Of a stretch of 64,000 bases of DNA, positions 1 to 9,301 are shown in pieces. How positions within the stretch are numbered: the stretch's first letter is position 1; each line of letters begins with the position of its first letter. Source of the stretch: Polyangiaceae bacterium (GTDB lineage: Bacteria; Myxococcota_A; Polyangia; Polyangiales; Polyangiaceae); the NCBI GenBank assembly GCA_044376115.1, contig JBILLK010000019.1, forward strand, positions 1-64,000, written 5' to 3'. Made by a program: the position numbers and the translations under genes. The notes under the pieces are model-generated. The model did not search any database and was not told the DNA's origin. It saw only the letters and a list, made by a program, of their open reading frames with translations.

Positions 1-3
1 GTC

Positions 4-121
4 TTCCGGTGGCGATATCGAAGAGGTCACACCCGATCCCATTCCGAACTCGGAAGTTAAGCTCTTCGGAGCCGATGGTACTGCTAGGGAAACTTAGTGG
101 GAGAGTAGGACGCTGCCGGGA
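4..121 (+). rRNA. rrf: 5S ribosomal RNA
   Basis: Hallmark 5S segments CACACCCGATCCCATTCCGAACTCGGAAGTTAAG and GCCGATGGTACT...GGGAGAGTAGGACGCTGCCGG; complementary termini (TCCGGTGGC / GCTGCCGGGA); about 118 nt. Confidence 0.97.
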
Positions 122-175
122 TTTTTTTATCCCATTGTCTGCACAGCCGTTAATCGGCCGGTGCGACATAACCTT

Positions 176-220
176 AGGCCGCCAAATATCCGTTTGGTGG
201 CCTTTGGCCTTTTGTCGTTT
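176..220 (+). terminator. Rho-independent terminator 1 downstream of rRNA
   Basis: Stem AGGCCGCCAAA-tatccg-TTTGGTGGCCT (176-203) followed by T-rich TTGGCCTTTTGTCGTTT. Confidence 0.7.
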
Positions 221-270
221 GTCTGCGGCGACGAATATGCGGCCTACCAAGCGTTTTCGTTGGTCGACAC

Positions 271-312
271 CAAAGCCGCCAAACGTAGGTTTGGTGGCTT
301 TGTTCTTTTGTC
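271..312 (+). terminator. Rho-independent terminator 2 downstream of rRNA
   Basis: 14-bp stem CAAAGCCGCCAAAC-gtag-GTTTGGTGGCTTTG (271-302, one G-U pair) followed by TTCTTTTGT; near copy of terminator 1. Confidence 0.75.
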
Positions 313-340
313 GCTAAACAGCGTGCATTAGCTTGCGTCG

Positions 341-1024
341 GTGCGTTTGATAGCGAGTTCGGTCGGGACGGGCGAGGGGAAAACCTGGTTCAGCCGGGGG
401 CTGGCCCGTGCACTTTCGAGGCGCGGCCATAGAGTTGCGGCACTGAAGCCGTTCGAGACGGGGGTGACTTCGCAGGCGGCGGACGCGCGGTCCCTAGAGC
501 GTGCGTGTGGCGCTGGCGATCTGGCGTTCGAGAGCCCTGCCTTCTTTCGATGCCGCCCTGCCGTATCGCCGCATGCTGCGGCTTTGAGCGGACCAGCTGC
601 GGATCTGGGGGCAATTCGGGTCGCGATAGCAGATTTTCAGCAAACGTTCGGGATCGTGCTGGTCGAATCGGCAGGCGGTCTTTTCGTTCCGGTGGGCTCA
701 CCACTTTCCCCGCTCCTTTTCGTCGACCTGTTGCAGGCAGATGATGTGCTTTTCATTGTGGCGGCGAATCGGCTTGGAGTGCTTTCGAATGTATTGGCGG
801 CGGTTCGCGCGCTTCCGTCTGGCCTTGGTCTTCGACCAATCATTGTCTTGTCGGGGGCCGTCCACGCTGACGAGTCGAGCGCTACAAACGCTGCGGTGCT
901 TCGTGACCATTCGCTCGATGCGGTGGAATGGGGAGGCGTGGCAGTAGACGACGATGACGTCCTTGCCGAATCGCTGGAGGGTACCGGGTTGGTCGAGCGC
1001 GTGCTGCTTGGAGGCGCGTGTTAG
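341..1024 (+). CDS. bioD: dethiobiotin synthetase
   Basis: N-terminal P-loop GTGEGKT, LKPFETG, SPHAAA, VESAGGLFVP and RLGVLS motifs of BioD; GTG start. Confidence 0.9.
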   Translation: MRLIASSVGTGEGKTWFSRGLARALSRRGHRVAALKPFETGVTSQAADARSLERACGAGDLAFESPAFFRCRPAVSPHAAALSGPAADLGAIRVAIADFQQTFGIVLVESAGGLFVPVGSPLSPLLFVDLLQADDVLFIVAANRLGVLSNVLAAVRALPSGLGLRPIIVLSGAVHADESSATNAAVLRDHSLDAVEWGGVAVDDDDVLAESLEGTGLVERVLLGGAC

Positions 1025-1033
1025 CCTTCAGAC

Positions 1034-3274
1034 ATGCCCCGTATCGAGAAGCCGACGGCCTGCATACTGTGTGAGTGTAATTGCGGCATACTGGCGGAGC
1101 TCGGCGAGGAGGGCCGGCGGCTCGTGCGCTTGACTGGTGATCGAGCTCACCCAGCCTCTCGTGGCTATGCTTGCGAGAAGGCACAACGGCTCGATCACTA
1201 TCAGAACGGGCGAGATCTGCTCACCGCGCCCTTGCGGCGTCGGCCGGATGGAACATTCGAGGAGATCGACTGGGACACCGCCATTCGCGAGGTATCTCAA
1301 CGGTTAGCCCGAGTTCGAGACGACCATGGCGGGGACTCGATCTTTTATTACGGAGGGGGCGGGCAGGGTAATCACCTCCCTGGGGCTTACAGCACCGCAA
1401 CTCGCCGCGCGCTCGGCTCTCGCTATCGATCGAGTGCGCTCGCGCAAGAAAAGACGGGCGAGTTCTGGATCAGCGATCGGGTGATGGGAACGAGTACTCG
1501 CGCCGATTTCGAGCACTGCGATGTCGCGCTTTTTCTAGGGAAGAACCCTTGGCAGTCGCACTCCATCCCGCGTGCGCGGGTAACGTTGAAAGAGCTCTCC
1601 AAGGATCCGGCTCGCACGCTGATTGTGGTCGATCCACGTCGTACCGAATCGGCTGAACTGGCCGACATCCATCTGCAAGTGCGACCGGGAACGGATGCGT
1701 GGCTGCTTATGGCGCTGCTGGCCGTACTGGTTGAGGAGGCGCTTGTTGATCAAGCCTTCGTGTCGCGCCACGTTGTTGGAGCGGAGGCATTGTTTGAGCT
1801 GCTGAAAAGGGTGCGGGTCGCTGAGTCATGCGCGCACGCCGGGCTAGCCGAGTCGCTTGTGAGGCAAACCGCGCGGGTTATCGCGGGGGCAAAGGCGTTC
1901 GCAAGCTTTGAGGACCTGGGCGTGCAAATGAATCACCACTCGACGGTGGTGAGCTACCTGCACCGGGCGCTAATTGCGCTTACTGGGAGCTTTGGTAAGG
2001 CCGGAACCCATTTCGTTCCGACGGTGCTCGTGGAGCTGACCGGCGGGGCCTCTCGACGCACGAGTCCAGTCGTCAACGCACCGATCATCAGCGGTTTGAT
2101 CCCGTGCAACGTGATCGCGGATGAGATCCTCTGTGATCATCCGAAGCGCTATCGGGCGATGCTGGTCGAAGCGGCGAACCCAGCCCACTCGTTGGCTGAC
2201 TCGCCGCGGATGCGCAAAGCGCTCCGCGCCCTCGATACGCTGGTAGTCATCGATTGCGCGATGTCGGAGACGGCAGCTCTAGCTGACTACGTACTGCCTG
2301 CGGCCACGCAATTTGAGAAGGCTGAAGCGACGTTCTTTAACTTTGAGTTTCCGCACAACACCTTCCATCTTCGTCAGCGGCTCTTCCCACCCGAAGGTGC
2401 GCGGCTTCCCGAGGCAGAGATCCATTCGAGGCTCGTTGAGGCGTTGGAGGGACTCGGGGAGGCGGTCTACCAGCCGCTCCGTGATGCTCGAGCGGTGAGT
2501 CTCGAGGCCTATGCGCAGGCGCTCATGCCGGTGCTGTTCGACCCAAAACTGTCGGGGCTAGCGCCCGTGATCCTCTATCGCACAGCTGGGCTGGATGAGT
2601 CGCAGCGGGAAGGTGCTGTACTGCTTGGAATTGCCTTCAAGGCGGCCATGGAGAACGGTGCTTCGCTGGCGCGCGCTGGCTTCGACGGAACTCCAATGGA
2701 GGCGGCGATCAAGCTGTTTGAGGCAATCCTCACCCGACCGTCAGGCGTTGTTTTTGCGGTTGATGAGTGGTCACAAATGATGGAGAGGTTGGGCACGCCC
2801 GACAAGAAGTTCCACCTGGAGCTCAAGGACATGCTCGACGTTGTAAGGGAGATCGCCGAGCACGGACCTGGGACGCCTGATCCGCAGTTCCCTTTCGTGC
2901 TCTCCGCGGGAGAGCGACGTTCCTACACCGCGAATACGATCATTCGTGACCCGTCATGGCGAAAGAAGGACGCGGAAGGAGCGCTGCGAATGGCGGCCAG
3001 CGATGCCGCTGACCTCGGCGTCGTAACGGGAGATCGCGTTGCTCTAACGACGCCTACCGGCTCGGCCGTTGTGCCGGTGGAGGTGTCCGACACGATGCAG
3101 GCTGGACACGTATCGCTGCCGAACGGACTTGGCGTTTCGTACCCACCTTCGGTGGACGGATCGGCGAAGGCGGTCGGTGTGGCGCCCAACGAACTTACGG
3201 CCAGCTCCGACCGAGATCCGTTCGTGGGAACGCCGTGGCACAAGCATGTCCCAGCCCGCGTTGAGCGAGCCTGA
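1034..3274 (+). CDS. molybdopterin (bis-MGD) oxidoreductase, MopB/DMSO reductase family catalytic subunit with N-terminal 4Fe-4S
   Basis: CILCECNCG...GYACEK Fe-S motif, IVVDPRRTESA, ETAALADYVLPA and a C-terminal molybdopterin dinucleotide-binding domain; no Tat signal. Confidence 0.9.
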   Translation: MPRIEKPTACILCECNCGILAELGEEGRRLVRLTGDRAHPASRGYACEKAQRLDHYQNGRDLLTAPLRRRPDGTFEEIDWDTAIREVSQRLARVRDDHGGDSIFYYGGGGQGNHLPGAYSTATRRALGSRYRSSALAQEKTGEFWISDRVMGTSTRADFEHCDVALFLGKNPWQSHSIPRARVTLKELSKDPARTLIVVDPRRTESAELADIHLQVRPGTDAWLLMALLAVLVEEALVDQAFVSRHVVGAEALFELLKRVRVAESCAHAGLAESLVRQTARVIAGAKAFASFEDLGVQMNHHSTVVSYLHRALIALTGSFGKAGTHFVPTVLVELTGGASRRTSPVVNAPIISGLIPCNVIADEILCDHPKRYRAMLVEAANPAHSLADSPRMRKALRALDTLVVIDCAMSETAALADYVLPAATQFEKAEATFFNFEFPHNTFHLRQRLFPPEGARLPEAEIHSRLVEALEGLGEAVYQPLRDARAVSLEAYAQALMPVLFDPKLSGLAPVILYRTAGLDESQREGAVLLGIAFKAAMENGASLARAGFDGTPMEAAIKLFEAILTRPSGVVFAVDEWSQMMERLGTPDKKFHLELKDMLDVVREIAEHGPGTPDPQFPFVLSAGERRSYTANTIIRDPSWRKKDAEGALRMAASDAADLGVVTGDRVALTTPTGSAVVPVEVSDTMQAGHVSLPNGLGVSYPPSVDGSAKAVGVAPNELTASSDRDPFVGTPWHKHVPARVERA

Positions 3275-3288
3275 GCGGACAACGGGCG

Positions 3289-4212
3289 CTAAAAGCGGAA
3301 ACCGCCGGGGATCAGGGCCTTGCTTACTTCGGCCTCGCTCGGCAGGGCGAATATCAGGATGACGCCGGTAACGAGCGTAACCCCGCCTCCAATCAGCAGA
3401 CCTGTTCCGAGGTCGGCGAACAGGTTGGCCGTATCGAGTTTCTCGGCGTCGGCTGGGCACACAGCTGGCTCGCCCGAAAGTTCGCACGTGGTCGAGAGCT
3501 TGTCGTACCTGCTGACAGCGAGCCCACCAAAAATTGCCCCAGCGATCGCTGCGGCTCCACCGATACTCGCAACCACGATACCGGGAACCACGCCGGGGCC
3601 ACTGCCTTCCGATGTGGGCGGCGTGACCTTTGGCCCGGACGGTTGGGAGGCGGTGAAGTCGAGCTCAATCACCTCCTGTGCGCCCGAGCTAAGTTCAAAG
3701 GTCTGCTCCTTGGTCTCACCGTTGAATGAGCCCGATACCTTGTGCAAACCGGGATCAAGCGCCACGGCGAGGCCGGGCTTCGCCTCTTTGCCATCCAGCT
3801 TGAGCAGTGCACCTTCCGCCGCACCCTTCAGATTCACGGTCACGGTTGGAATCGCCTTCTCGAGCTGGGCCAACTCGGCCTTGCCGTCGAGTTGCGCCTG
3901 CTTCCACGGGCCCGGCGCATCCTGTGCAACGGGCTCCGCTACGACTGCCGCAAACCGTTCACGCGCCTCGAGTAGCTTGCCTCCGCCGCGCAAACATCGA
4001 GCGCCATAGAGTCGGAAGACCGGGGACTGACTAAGCGCGTCCGCCGTCGCAAACTTCACGGCGCATTCGGACCACTTCTCCGCGGCGTACAGCTCAAGCC
4101 CCTCTTTCCCGAGGGCAATGGCTCGCTCGCCGTCGGTCTCGGCCGAGGCGACAGTGGCGTATGCAAGCAAGGAAGCGATCGATGCAGCCGAAAGGAAGAG
4201 GGAGCGACTCAT
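3289..4212 (-). CDS. secreted/membrane TPR + PEGA-like protein
   Basis: Signal peptide, TPR-like helical N-terminus (ARCLRGGGKLLEARERF), PEGA-like ALDPGLHKV, C-terminal hydrophobic helices; typical myxobacterial kinase-adjacent architecture. Confidence 0.75.
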   Translation of the reverse strand: MSRSLFLSAASIASLLAYATVASAETDGERAIALGKEGLELYAAEKWSECAVKFATADALSQSPVFRLYGARCLRGGGKLLEARERFAAVVAEPVAQDAPGPWKQAQLDGKAELAQLEKAIPTVTVNLKGAAEGALLKLDGKEAKPGLAVALDPGLHKVSGSFNGETKEQTFELSSGAQEVIELDFTASQPSGPKVTPPTSEGSGPGVVPGIVVASIGGAAAIAGAIFGGLAVSRYDKLSTTCELSGEPAVCPADAEKLDTANLFADLGTGLLIGGGVTLVTGVILIFALPSEAEVSKALIPGGFRF

Positions 4213-4227
4213 GACCGCCGCATCATG

Positions 4228-5619
4228 TCACTTCGGTTGAGGCACGCCAAAGATGTCATCGGTGCGCGTGGTGGTTTTTGCGGTCGCTGTCGGAATGGGC
4301 GCTGGTGCTGTGGGAATGGCCGTGGTCCCGGTTGATTTTCCTTTAATCGGCCCAGGAGCGGAAACGGATGCTACCGCGGTGGATGACGTGGCCGGGGCTG
4401 CTGACCGCTCCGGGCCAGCACTCATTGATTGCGCGGCTGTTGCGCTCGAGACGCTCACGTCAGGCCCGGGACCCTGCGGAGAGGTAGGGGACGACGGGGT
4501 GCTCTCGGCTGCGATTGCCGAACTCCCCGCTCCAACGTTGGCGGCCCCACCGGAGCTTCGATACAGCCCCACCGTCACGCCTGCTCCGAGTACGCCTGCC
4601 GCCAAACCTGCGACCCACAGCGCTTTCGGGACGCCCCGCCGCGCAAACTTTATCTCGGCGGAGATTCCGTCCTGGGTCGCCACAAGCTTCTTGGAGGGCT
4701 GCGTCGCCGGAGCGATCGTCGTGGATTGTGCGATCACTGTCTGTGCGCCGCGAAGCTCAAGCAGCCGTGAAGTGGGTGCTGTTTCATGACAATCGATGAG
4801 CGCCTCGTAGAACTCCCTCGCGGTAGCGAAGCGTTCCTCGCGATCCTTGGCCAGCGCTCTGCGAAAGAAGTCGTCCAAGCCGGGAATGAGGATGCCGCGA
4901 CTCGACGGGAGTGGCGTTTCACCGAGACATATCTGCGCGAAAACGTCGCCTAGTCCCTTGCCAATGAAGGGCGGATCTCCGGTTAGCGCCTCAAAAAGCA
5001 CGACCGCGAGCGACCACAGGTCCGTCCGCGTGTCGATCGGCTCTCCGCGAGATTGCTCGGGACTCATGTAGAGCGGAGAGCCAATCAACGTGGCCGAGCC
5101 AGTTTGCACGAGCCCGGTGTCGCTCGTGAGGGCTTTGGCGATGCCGAAGTCGAGCACCTTCACGACCTCATCGTCACCAACCTTGGTCAGGAAGATGTTC
5201 TCGGGCTTCAGATCTCGATGGACGATCTGAGCTTCATGCGCCAGGCGAAGCGCTTTGCACACGCCCGACGCAATTTCGCAAACTCGGCCGAGCCCCAAGC
5301 GGCCCGTATTCGCGATCGCAGTCGCGAGGTCCTCGCCTTTTAGGAGCTCCATCACCATGAACGGCGCGCCCGCTTCGATGCCGTAGTCCAAGATTTGTAC
5401 TACGTGCGGGCTACGAAGCTGCGCTGCGGCTTTGGCTTCCTGCTTGAAGCGGCTCAGCGCTGTTTGACTCAGCGCAAGTTCCGCTGAGACGATCTTTACG
5501 GCAACGGGGACCTCGAGTTCGACGTGGTGCGCGCGCCAGATGGCCCCCATCCCACCGCGCGCAATCTCACGCTCAAGCTTGTACTTGCCGCCGATGGTGG
5601 TGCCGGTCTCGAAGGTCAT
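4228..5619 (-). CDS. Ser/Thr protein kinase, single TM
   Basis: ARGGMGAIW, VAVK, HRDLKPEN, DFG, GSPLYMSPE; TM helix followed by a Ser/Thr/Pro-rich tail. Confidence 0.95.
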   Translation of the reverse strand: MTFETGTTIGGKYKLEREIARGGMGAIWRAHHVELEVPVAVKIVSAELALSQTALSRFKQEAKAAAQLRSPHVVQILDYGIEAGAPFMVMELLKGEDLATAIANTGRLGLGRVCEIASGVCKALRLAHEAQIVHRDLKPENIFLTKVGDDEVVKVLDFGIAKALTSDTGLVQTGSATLIGSPLYMSPEQSRGEPIDTRTDLWSLAVVLFEALTGDPPFIGKGLGDVFAQICLGETPLPSSRGILIPGLDDFFRRALAKDREERFATAREFYEALIDCHETAPTSRLLELRGAQTVIAQSTTIAPATQPSKKLVATQDGISAEIKFARRGVPKALWVAGLAAGVLGAGVTVGLYRSSGGAANVGAGSSAIAAESTPSSPTSPQGPGPDVSVSSATAAQSMSAGPERSAAPATSSTAVASVSAPGPIKGKSTGTTAIPTAPAPIPTATAKTTTRTDDIFGVPQPK

Positions 5620-5675
5620 TGAGGTCCGCCCGCAGAATAGCGCGAAATGCTCTCGACTCCTGGTACTTTGGCAAC

Positions 5676-7373
5676 GTGTTCCAAGCGGGATTTGAGCCGG
5701 GGACCGTGATCGGTGGGAAGTATGTCGTCGAGCGCTGGCTTGGTTCGGGCGGGATGGGCGTCGTGCTCGCGGTCCGCCATGCCGAACTCGGTGAACTCTA
5801 CGCGCTCAAGCTCATGCTGCCAGCCGCGGCAGCAAGCCCAGCAGCGCGCGAACGCTTTGCCCGGGAGGCAAAGGCCGCAGCCAAGTTGAAGAGCGCTCAC
5901 GTAGCGCGTGCGATCGACTTCGGCTTTGTGCGGGACGACGGCCCACCCTTCATGGTGCTCGAGCTGCTCTCCGGTCAAAACCTCGCCGAGAAACTGCTCG
6001 CCGAGGGCCCCATGCCGGCTTTTGAGATCGCGGGGCTCATGCTCGACGCCTGTGACGCACTTCGTGAGGCCCACGCGGAGGGCATCGTGCACCGCGATCT
6101 CAAGCCGTCGAACCTGTTCGTCGTTGAACAGAAGGACGGTACGCCTTCGCTCAAGGTCCTCGACTTTGGCATCGCGAAAACGGTCGCGCAGGACGCCGGT
6201 GCGCTGACGAAGACCTCCACCACGATGGGGTCGCCGTTCTACATGTCACCGGAGCAGATGCGGTCGGCGAAGAGCGCCGACGCTCGAAGCGATATCTGGT
6301 CGCTCGGGGTCACCATGTACGAGCTTGCCACCGGCACTGTGCCGTTCACGGGGGAGAGCGTAACCGAGGTCGCGATCATGGTGATCGAGGCGGCGGTTCC
6401 CAGTCCGCGGGTTCATCGCGCCGACTTGGAGGACGACTTCGTGAACATCATCATGAAGTGCCTACAGAAGAACCCCGAGCATCGCTTCACCGATGTGGAG
6501 GAGCTCGCGGAGTCACTAGCCGCCTTCGTGGGAAGGCCCTGGCGTCGACAACGGCCGAAGCCTGCCCCAGCCAACCGGTCGCTCGATGCGCTGCACTCGC
6601 TTGCGACGGCGCCTACCGAACTGCCTTCCGAACGAACGGTCCCGGCCTCCCCGCTTGCAGAAAGCAAGTTGGTCGCAAACGCGCCGCCTCCGGTTGATGC
6701 GCGCACATCGCCGGGGGCAGTGCGTCAAAGAAGCCTTTGGTTACGCGCTGCGGGCGCTGTGTTGCTGCTCGGAGCGGCGTTGGGGCTGGCGTATCGCTTC
6801 CGAGGCGCTACGCCCGAGGTCTCCGACAGCGCGGTCGCCAGCGACACGGTAGCCGACGCGCCGCCGCTAGCCCGGTCGAACTCAGCAGAGTTGGCGACTC
6901 CAAGCGCTTCCGCCGCTCGTCCCGAGCCCGACCTCGGCTCGGCGATTCGCGATGCGTTCGCTAGTCGCAAGGCTGAGCTGCAGGGTTGCTACGACGCAGG
7001 GCTGCGAACGAACCCAACGATGGCGGCCGACGTGAAGTTCCGACTCAACGTGCTGCCGGATGGTACGCCCAAGAATTTCGAGATCCTTGGGGAGGGGCTC
7101 GACGAAGCGGTGAAGCGCTGCCTGATCGGGTCGATCGCGACGTTGGTGTTTCCGAGCAGCTCGACGCGCAAAGAGCTGCAGATCGTTCATGCGTACACCT
7201 TCAGCACCCGGGCTCCTAAGCCGCAAGCAGCGCTAAAGGCGAGGCCGACCAAAGGCGACTTCACGCCCAATGCCTTCCCGAATTCGATGAAGCCACCCGT
7301 TCAAAACACCTCGGTTCGTGTAACTCCGACCAACAATGGCAATAGCGCTTACGGTGCGAGCGCTGGGCAATGA
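5676..7373 (+). CDS. Ser/Thr protein kinase with TM and AgmX/PglI-type (TonB-C-like) C-terminal domain
   Basis: GSGGMGVV, HRDLKPSN, DFG, GSPFYMSPE; C-terminal ELQGCYDAGLRTNP...VKRCL motif; GTG start at 5676 chosen over TTG at 5619. Confidence 0.92.
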   Translation: MFQAGFEPGTVIGGKYVVERWLGSGGMGVVLAVRHAELGELYALKLMLPAAAASPAARERFAREAKAAAKLKSAHVARAIDFGFVRDDGPPFMVLELLSGQNLAEKLLAEGPMPAFEIAGLMLDACDALREAHAEGIVHRDLKPSNLFVVEQKDGTPSLKVLDFGIAKTVAQDAGALTKTSTTMGSPFYMSPEQMRSAKSADARSDIWSLGVTMYELATGTVPFTGESVTEVAIMVIEAAVPSPRVHRADLEDDFVNIIMKCLQKNPEHRFTDVEELAESLAAFVGRPWRRQRPKPAPANRSLDALHSLATAPTELPSERTVPASPLAESKLVANAPPPVDARTSPGAVRQRSLWLRAAGAVLLLGAALGLAYRFRGATPEVSDSAVASDTVADAPPLARSNSAELATPSASAARPEPDLGSAIRDAFASRKAELQGCYDAGLRTNPTMAADVKFRLNVLPDGTPKNFEILGEGLDEAVKRCLIGSIATLVFPSSSTRKELQIVHAYTFSTRAPKPQAALKARPTKGDFTPNAFPNSMKPPVQNTSVRVTPTNNGNSAYGASAGQ

Positions 7374-7374
7374 G

Positions 7375-8019
7375 CTACGGCGCGAGGCGTGTCAGCCGCC
7401 AGGGACCGTCCCCTTCGCGATTGAACGTTAGCCGGTCGTGCAGGCGACTCTGCCGGCCTTGCCAAAACTCGAAGCCCACCGGCACGATTCGATAGCCGCC
7501 CCAGTGACCTGGCGCAGGTACCTCTTGTCCCGCGAATTTGCGCTCGAACTCGGCGAGCCGGCTCTCTAGTTCACCCCGCGCAATCAGCCCGCGACTCTGC
7601 GGTGAAGCCCACGCTCCTAGCTGTGATTCACGAGGCCGCGTCGCGAAGTAGGCGACGGTCGTTTCGCGTGACACCTTGGTCGCTCGCCCGATCACGCGCA
7701 CTTGGCGTTCAAGCTCCGGCCAAAAAAAGCTCGCGGCGACGCGTGGCTCATGCGCCAAATCGAGGCCCTTCTTGCTCTCGTAGTTGGTGAAGAAGACCAG
7801 CCCGCTCTCATTGAACTCGCGTAGCAGCACGATGCGCGTGGTTGGCGCGCCGTCCTTGCCGACCGTTGCCAAGGTCATGGCATACGGTTCATGCACCTTC
7901 TCGCCTTCGGCATCCGCCAGCCAGCGTCGCAGCGTTGCGACAGGCCCATCGGTAACGTCGCTCTCTTCAAGAGCACCACGAAGGTAGGCGATACGAGGCT
8001 GGGGGATGGATTCGCTCAC
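7375..8019 (-). CDS. pdxH: pyridoxamine 5'-phosphate oxidase
   Basis: AMTLAT, RIVLL, FFTNYESKKG, RQVRV, RPRESQLGAWASPQS, HWGGYR, FEFWQGRQSRLHDR; start trimmed to GTG 8019. Confidence 0.95.
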   Translation of the reverse strand: MSESIPQPRIAYLRGALEESDVTDGPVATLRRWLADAEGEKVHEPYAMTLATVGKDGAPTTRIVLLREFNESGLVFFTNYESKKGLDLAHEPRVAASFFWPELERQVRVIGRATKVSRETTVAYFATRPRESQLGAWASPQSRGLIARGELESRLAEFERKFAGQEVPAPGHWGGYRIVPVGFEFWQGRQSRLHDRLTFNREGDGPWRLTRLAP

Positions 8020-8096
8020 GGCTCGTTCTTGCCACCTCTCGCACCCTTTGTCACGCAATGCTCGGCCGTGCGCGCCCGTGGTTGTAGAGTTCGGCG

Positions 8097-8711
8097 GTGC
8101 TAACGCAGCGGCAGATCTCAGGCGTGGGCGCGGTTGTGCTCGCAGGTGGACGCTCCCGCCGGATGGGGCGCGACAAGGCGCTGCTCCTGGTTTCCGGGGA
8201 GACCTACCTCGAGCGCACGGTGCGGGTGCTCTCCACTCTGGCCGAGCCGATCGTGGTCGTCGCTGCACAGGACCAGCCACTTCCAGCGCTGGTTGGGGCG
8301 GCCGTGTTGCGGGATGAGCTGCCGTTTGAAGGGCCACTGCTGGGCGTCGTGCACGGACTTAAGGCGCTTGATGGCCGCTGTTCCACTGCGGTCGTGTGCG
8401 CTACGGATCATCCGTATTTGAAGCCGTCGGTGCTCCGTCGGTTGGCCGAGCTTTTGCCGGGCTTCGACGCCGCCATTCTGCAGCGTGAACAGCCCGAGCT
8501 GCTCTGTGCTGTCTATTCGATGGCAACGTTGGCTGTTGCACAGCGCGTCACGGCGGGCGGCGAACGTAGCCTGCGTGCGCTCGGCGCCGCGCTCCGAGTG
8601 CGCTGGGTTTCAGTGGAGGAGCTGCTTGCCGACGCCGACGTCATGGCGGAAGACCCCATGCTGCGGTCGTTCGACGATGTGGACGAGCCGCACGAGCTTC
8701 CGAGTCCCTGA
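8097..8711 (+). CDS. mobA: molybdenum cofactor guanylyltransferase
   Basis: VLAGGRSRRMGRDKALL, GPLLG, ATDHP, LCAVY motifs. Confidence 0.9.
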   Translation: MLTQRQISGVGAVVLAGGRSRRMGRDKALLLVSGETYLERTVRVLSTLAEPIVVVAAQDQPLPALVGAAVLRDELPFEGPLLGVVHGLKALDGRCSTAVVCATDHPYLKPSVLRRLAELLPGFDAAILQREQPELLCAVYSMATLAVAQRVTAGGERSLRALGAALRVRWVSVEELLADADVMAEDPMLRSFDDVDEPHELPSP

Positions 8712-8756
8712 ACACAAAACGAAAAGAGCCTCCTCGAATGAGGAGGCCCTGTTCTC
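8712..8756 (-). terminator. intrinsic terminator between convergent genes
   Basis: Stem GCCTCCTC-gaat-GAGGAGGC flanked by an A-rich run (U-tract on the minus strand). Confidence 0.7.
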
Positions 8757-8769
8757 AAGCGTCAGTTGC

Positions 8770-9204
8770 TCACAGGCACTCGGGGTGGCCTGCGCAGTCA
8801 TTGCACAAGCAGCCCTCGTTCAGCGGATCACAAGCGCCGTTGTCCACGCAGTTGCCTGGCGTGTTGCAGTACTCTTCTCCAGCGCAAACAGCGCAAACGC
8901 AGTCAGCTGCTGCGTTGCCGTCCACATCGGTGCACTCAGCCGCGTCACAGCCGAGACACAAGCAATCCCCCTCGAGATCCGTGTTGCACTGCTCAACAAA
9001 CTCGCACATGCCCGTTGCGCCCCCGGAGCCATTGCCAGCCGTTCCGCCCCCCGTGCCGCCCGATGCTCCTGTTCCGCTGCTGTTGCTGCTGCTGGCGCCG
9101 CTGCCAGCGGTGCCACCGGTGCCGTCGGTCGTGTCGTCGACGATCAAGCAACCAGCCAACGCAGTTGAAGCAACCAAGCAAACACTAAGAACGGTCTTGT
9201 TCAT
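8770..9204 (-). CDS. Cys-rich lipoprotein
   Basis: MNKTVLSVCLVASTALAGC lipobox, Gly/Ser linker, Cys/Asp-rich C-terminal domain; GGAGGA RBS upstream of ATG 9204. Confidence 0.8.
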   Translation of the reverse strand: MNKTVLSVCLVASTALAGCLIVDDTTDGTGGTAGSGASSSNSSGTGASGGTGGGTAGNGSGGATGMCEFVEQCNTDLEGDCLCLGCDAAECTDVDGNAAADCVCAVCAGEEYCNTPGNCVDNGACDPLNEGCLCNDCAGHPECL

Positions 9205-9301
9205 TCTATCCTCCGGAAGGTTGTACGGCCGCGCGAGAGAATGATTCACCCTCGCTGCGCAAAAAAGTTAGTGGCGGCACGAATTCGCCGCGACGAAAGC
9301 C

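Noticed and set aside
9..317. 102-aa ORF at window start
   Set aside because: It is a translation of the 5S rRNA and terminators, not a protein.
1034..3274. Selenocysteine recoding in the molybdoenzyme
   Set aside because: The ORF is uninterrupted, with no in-frame TGA.
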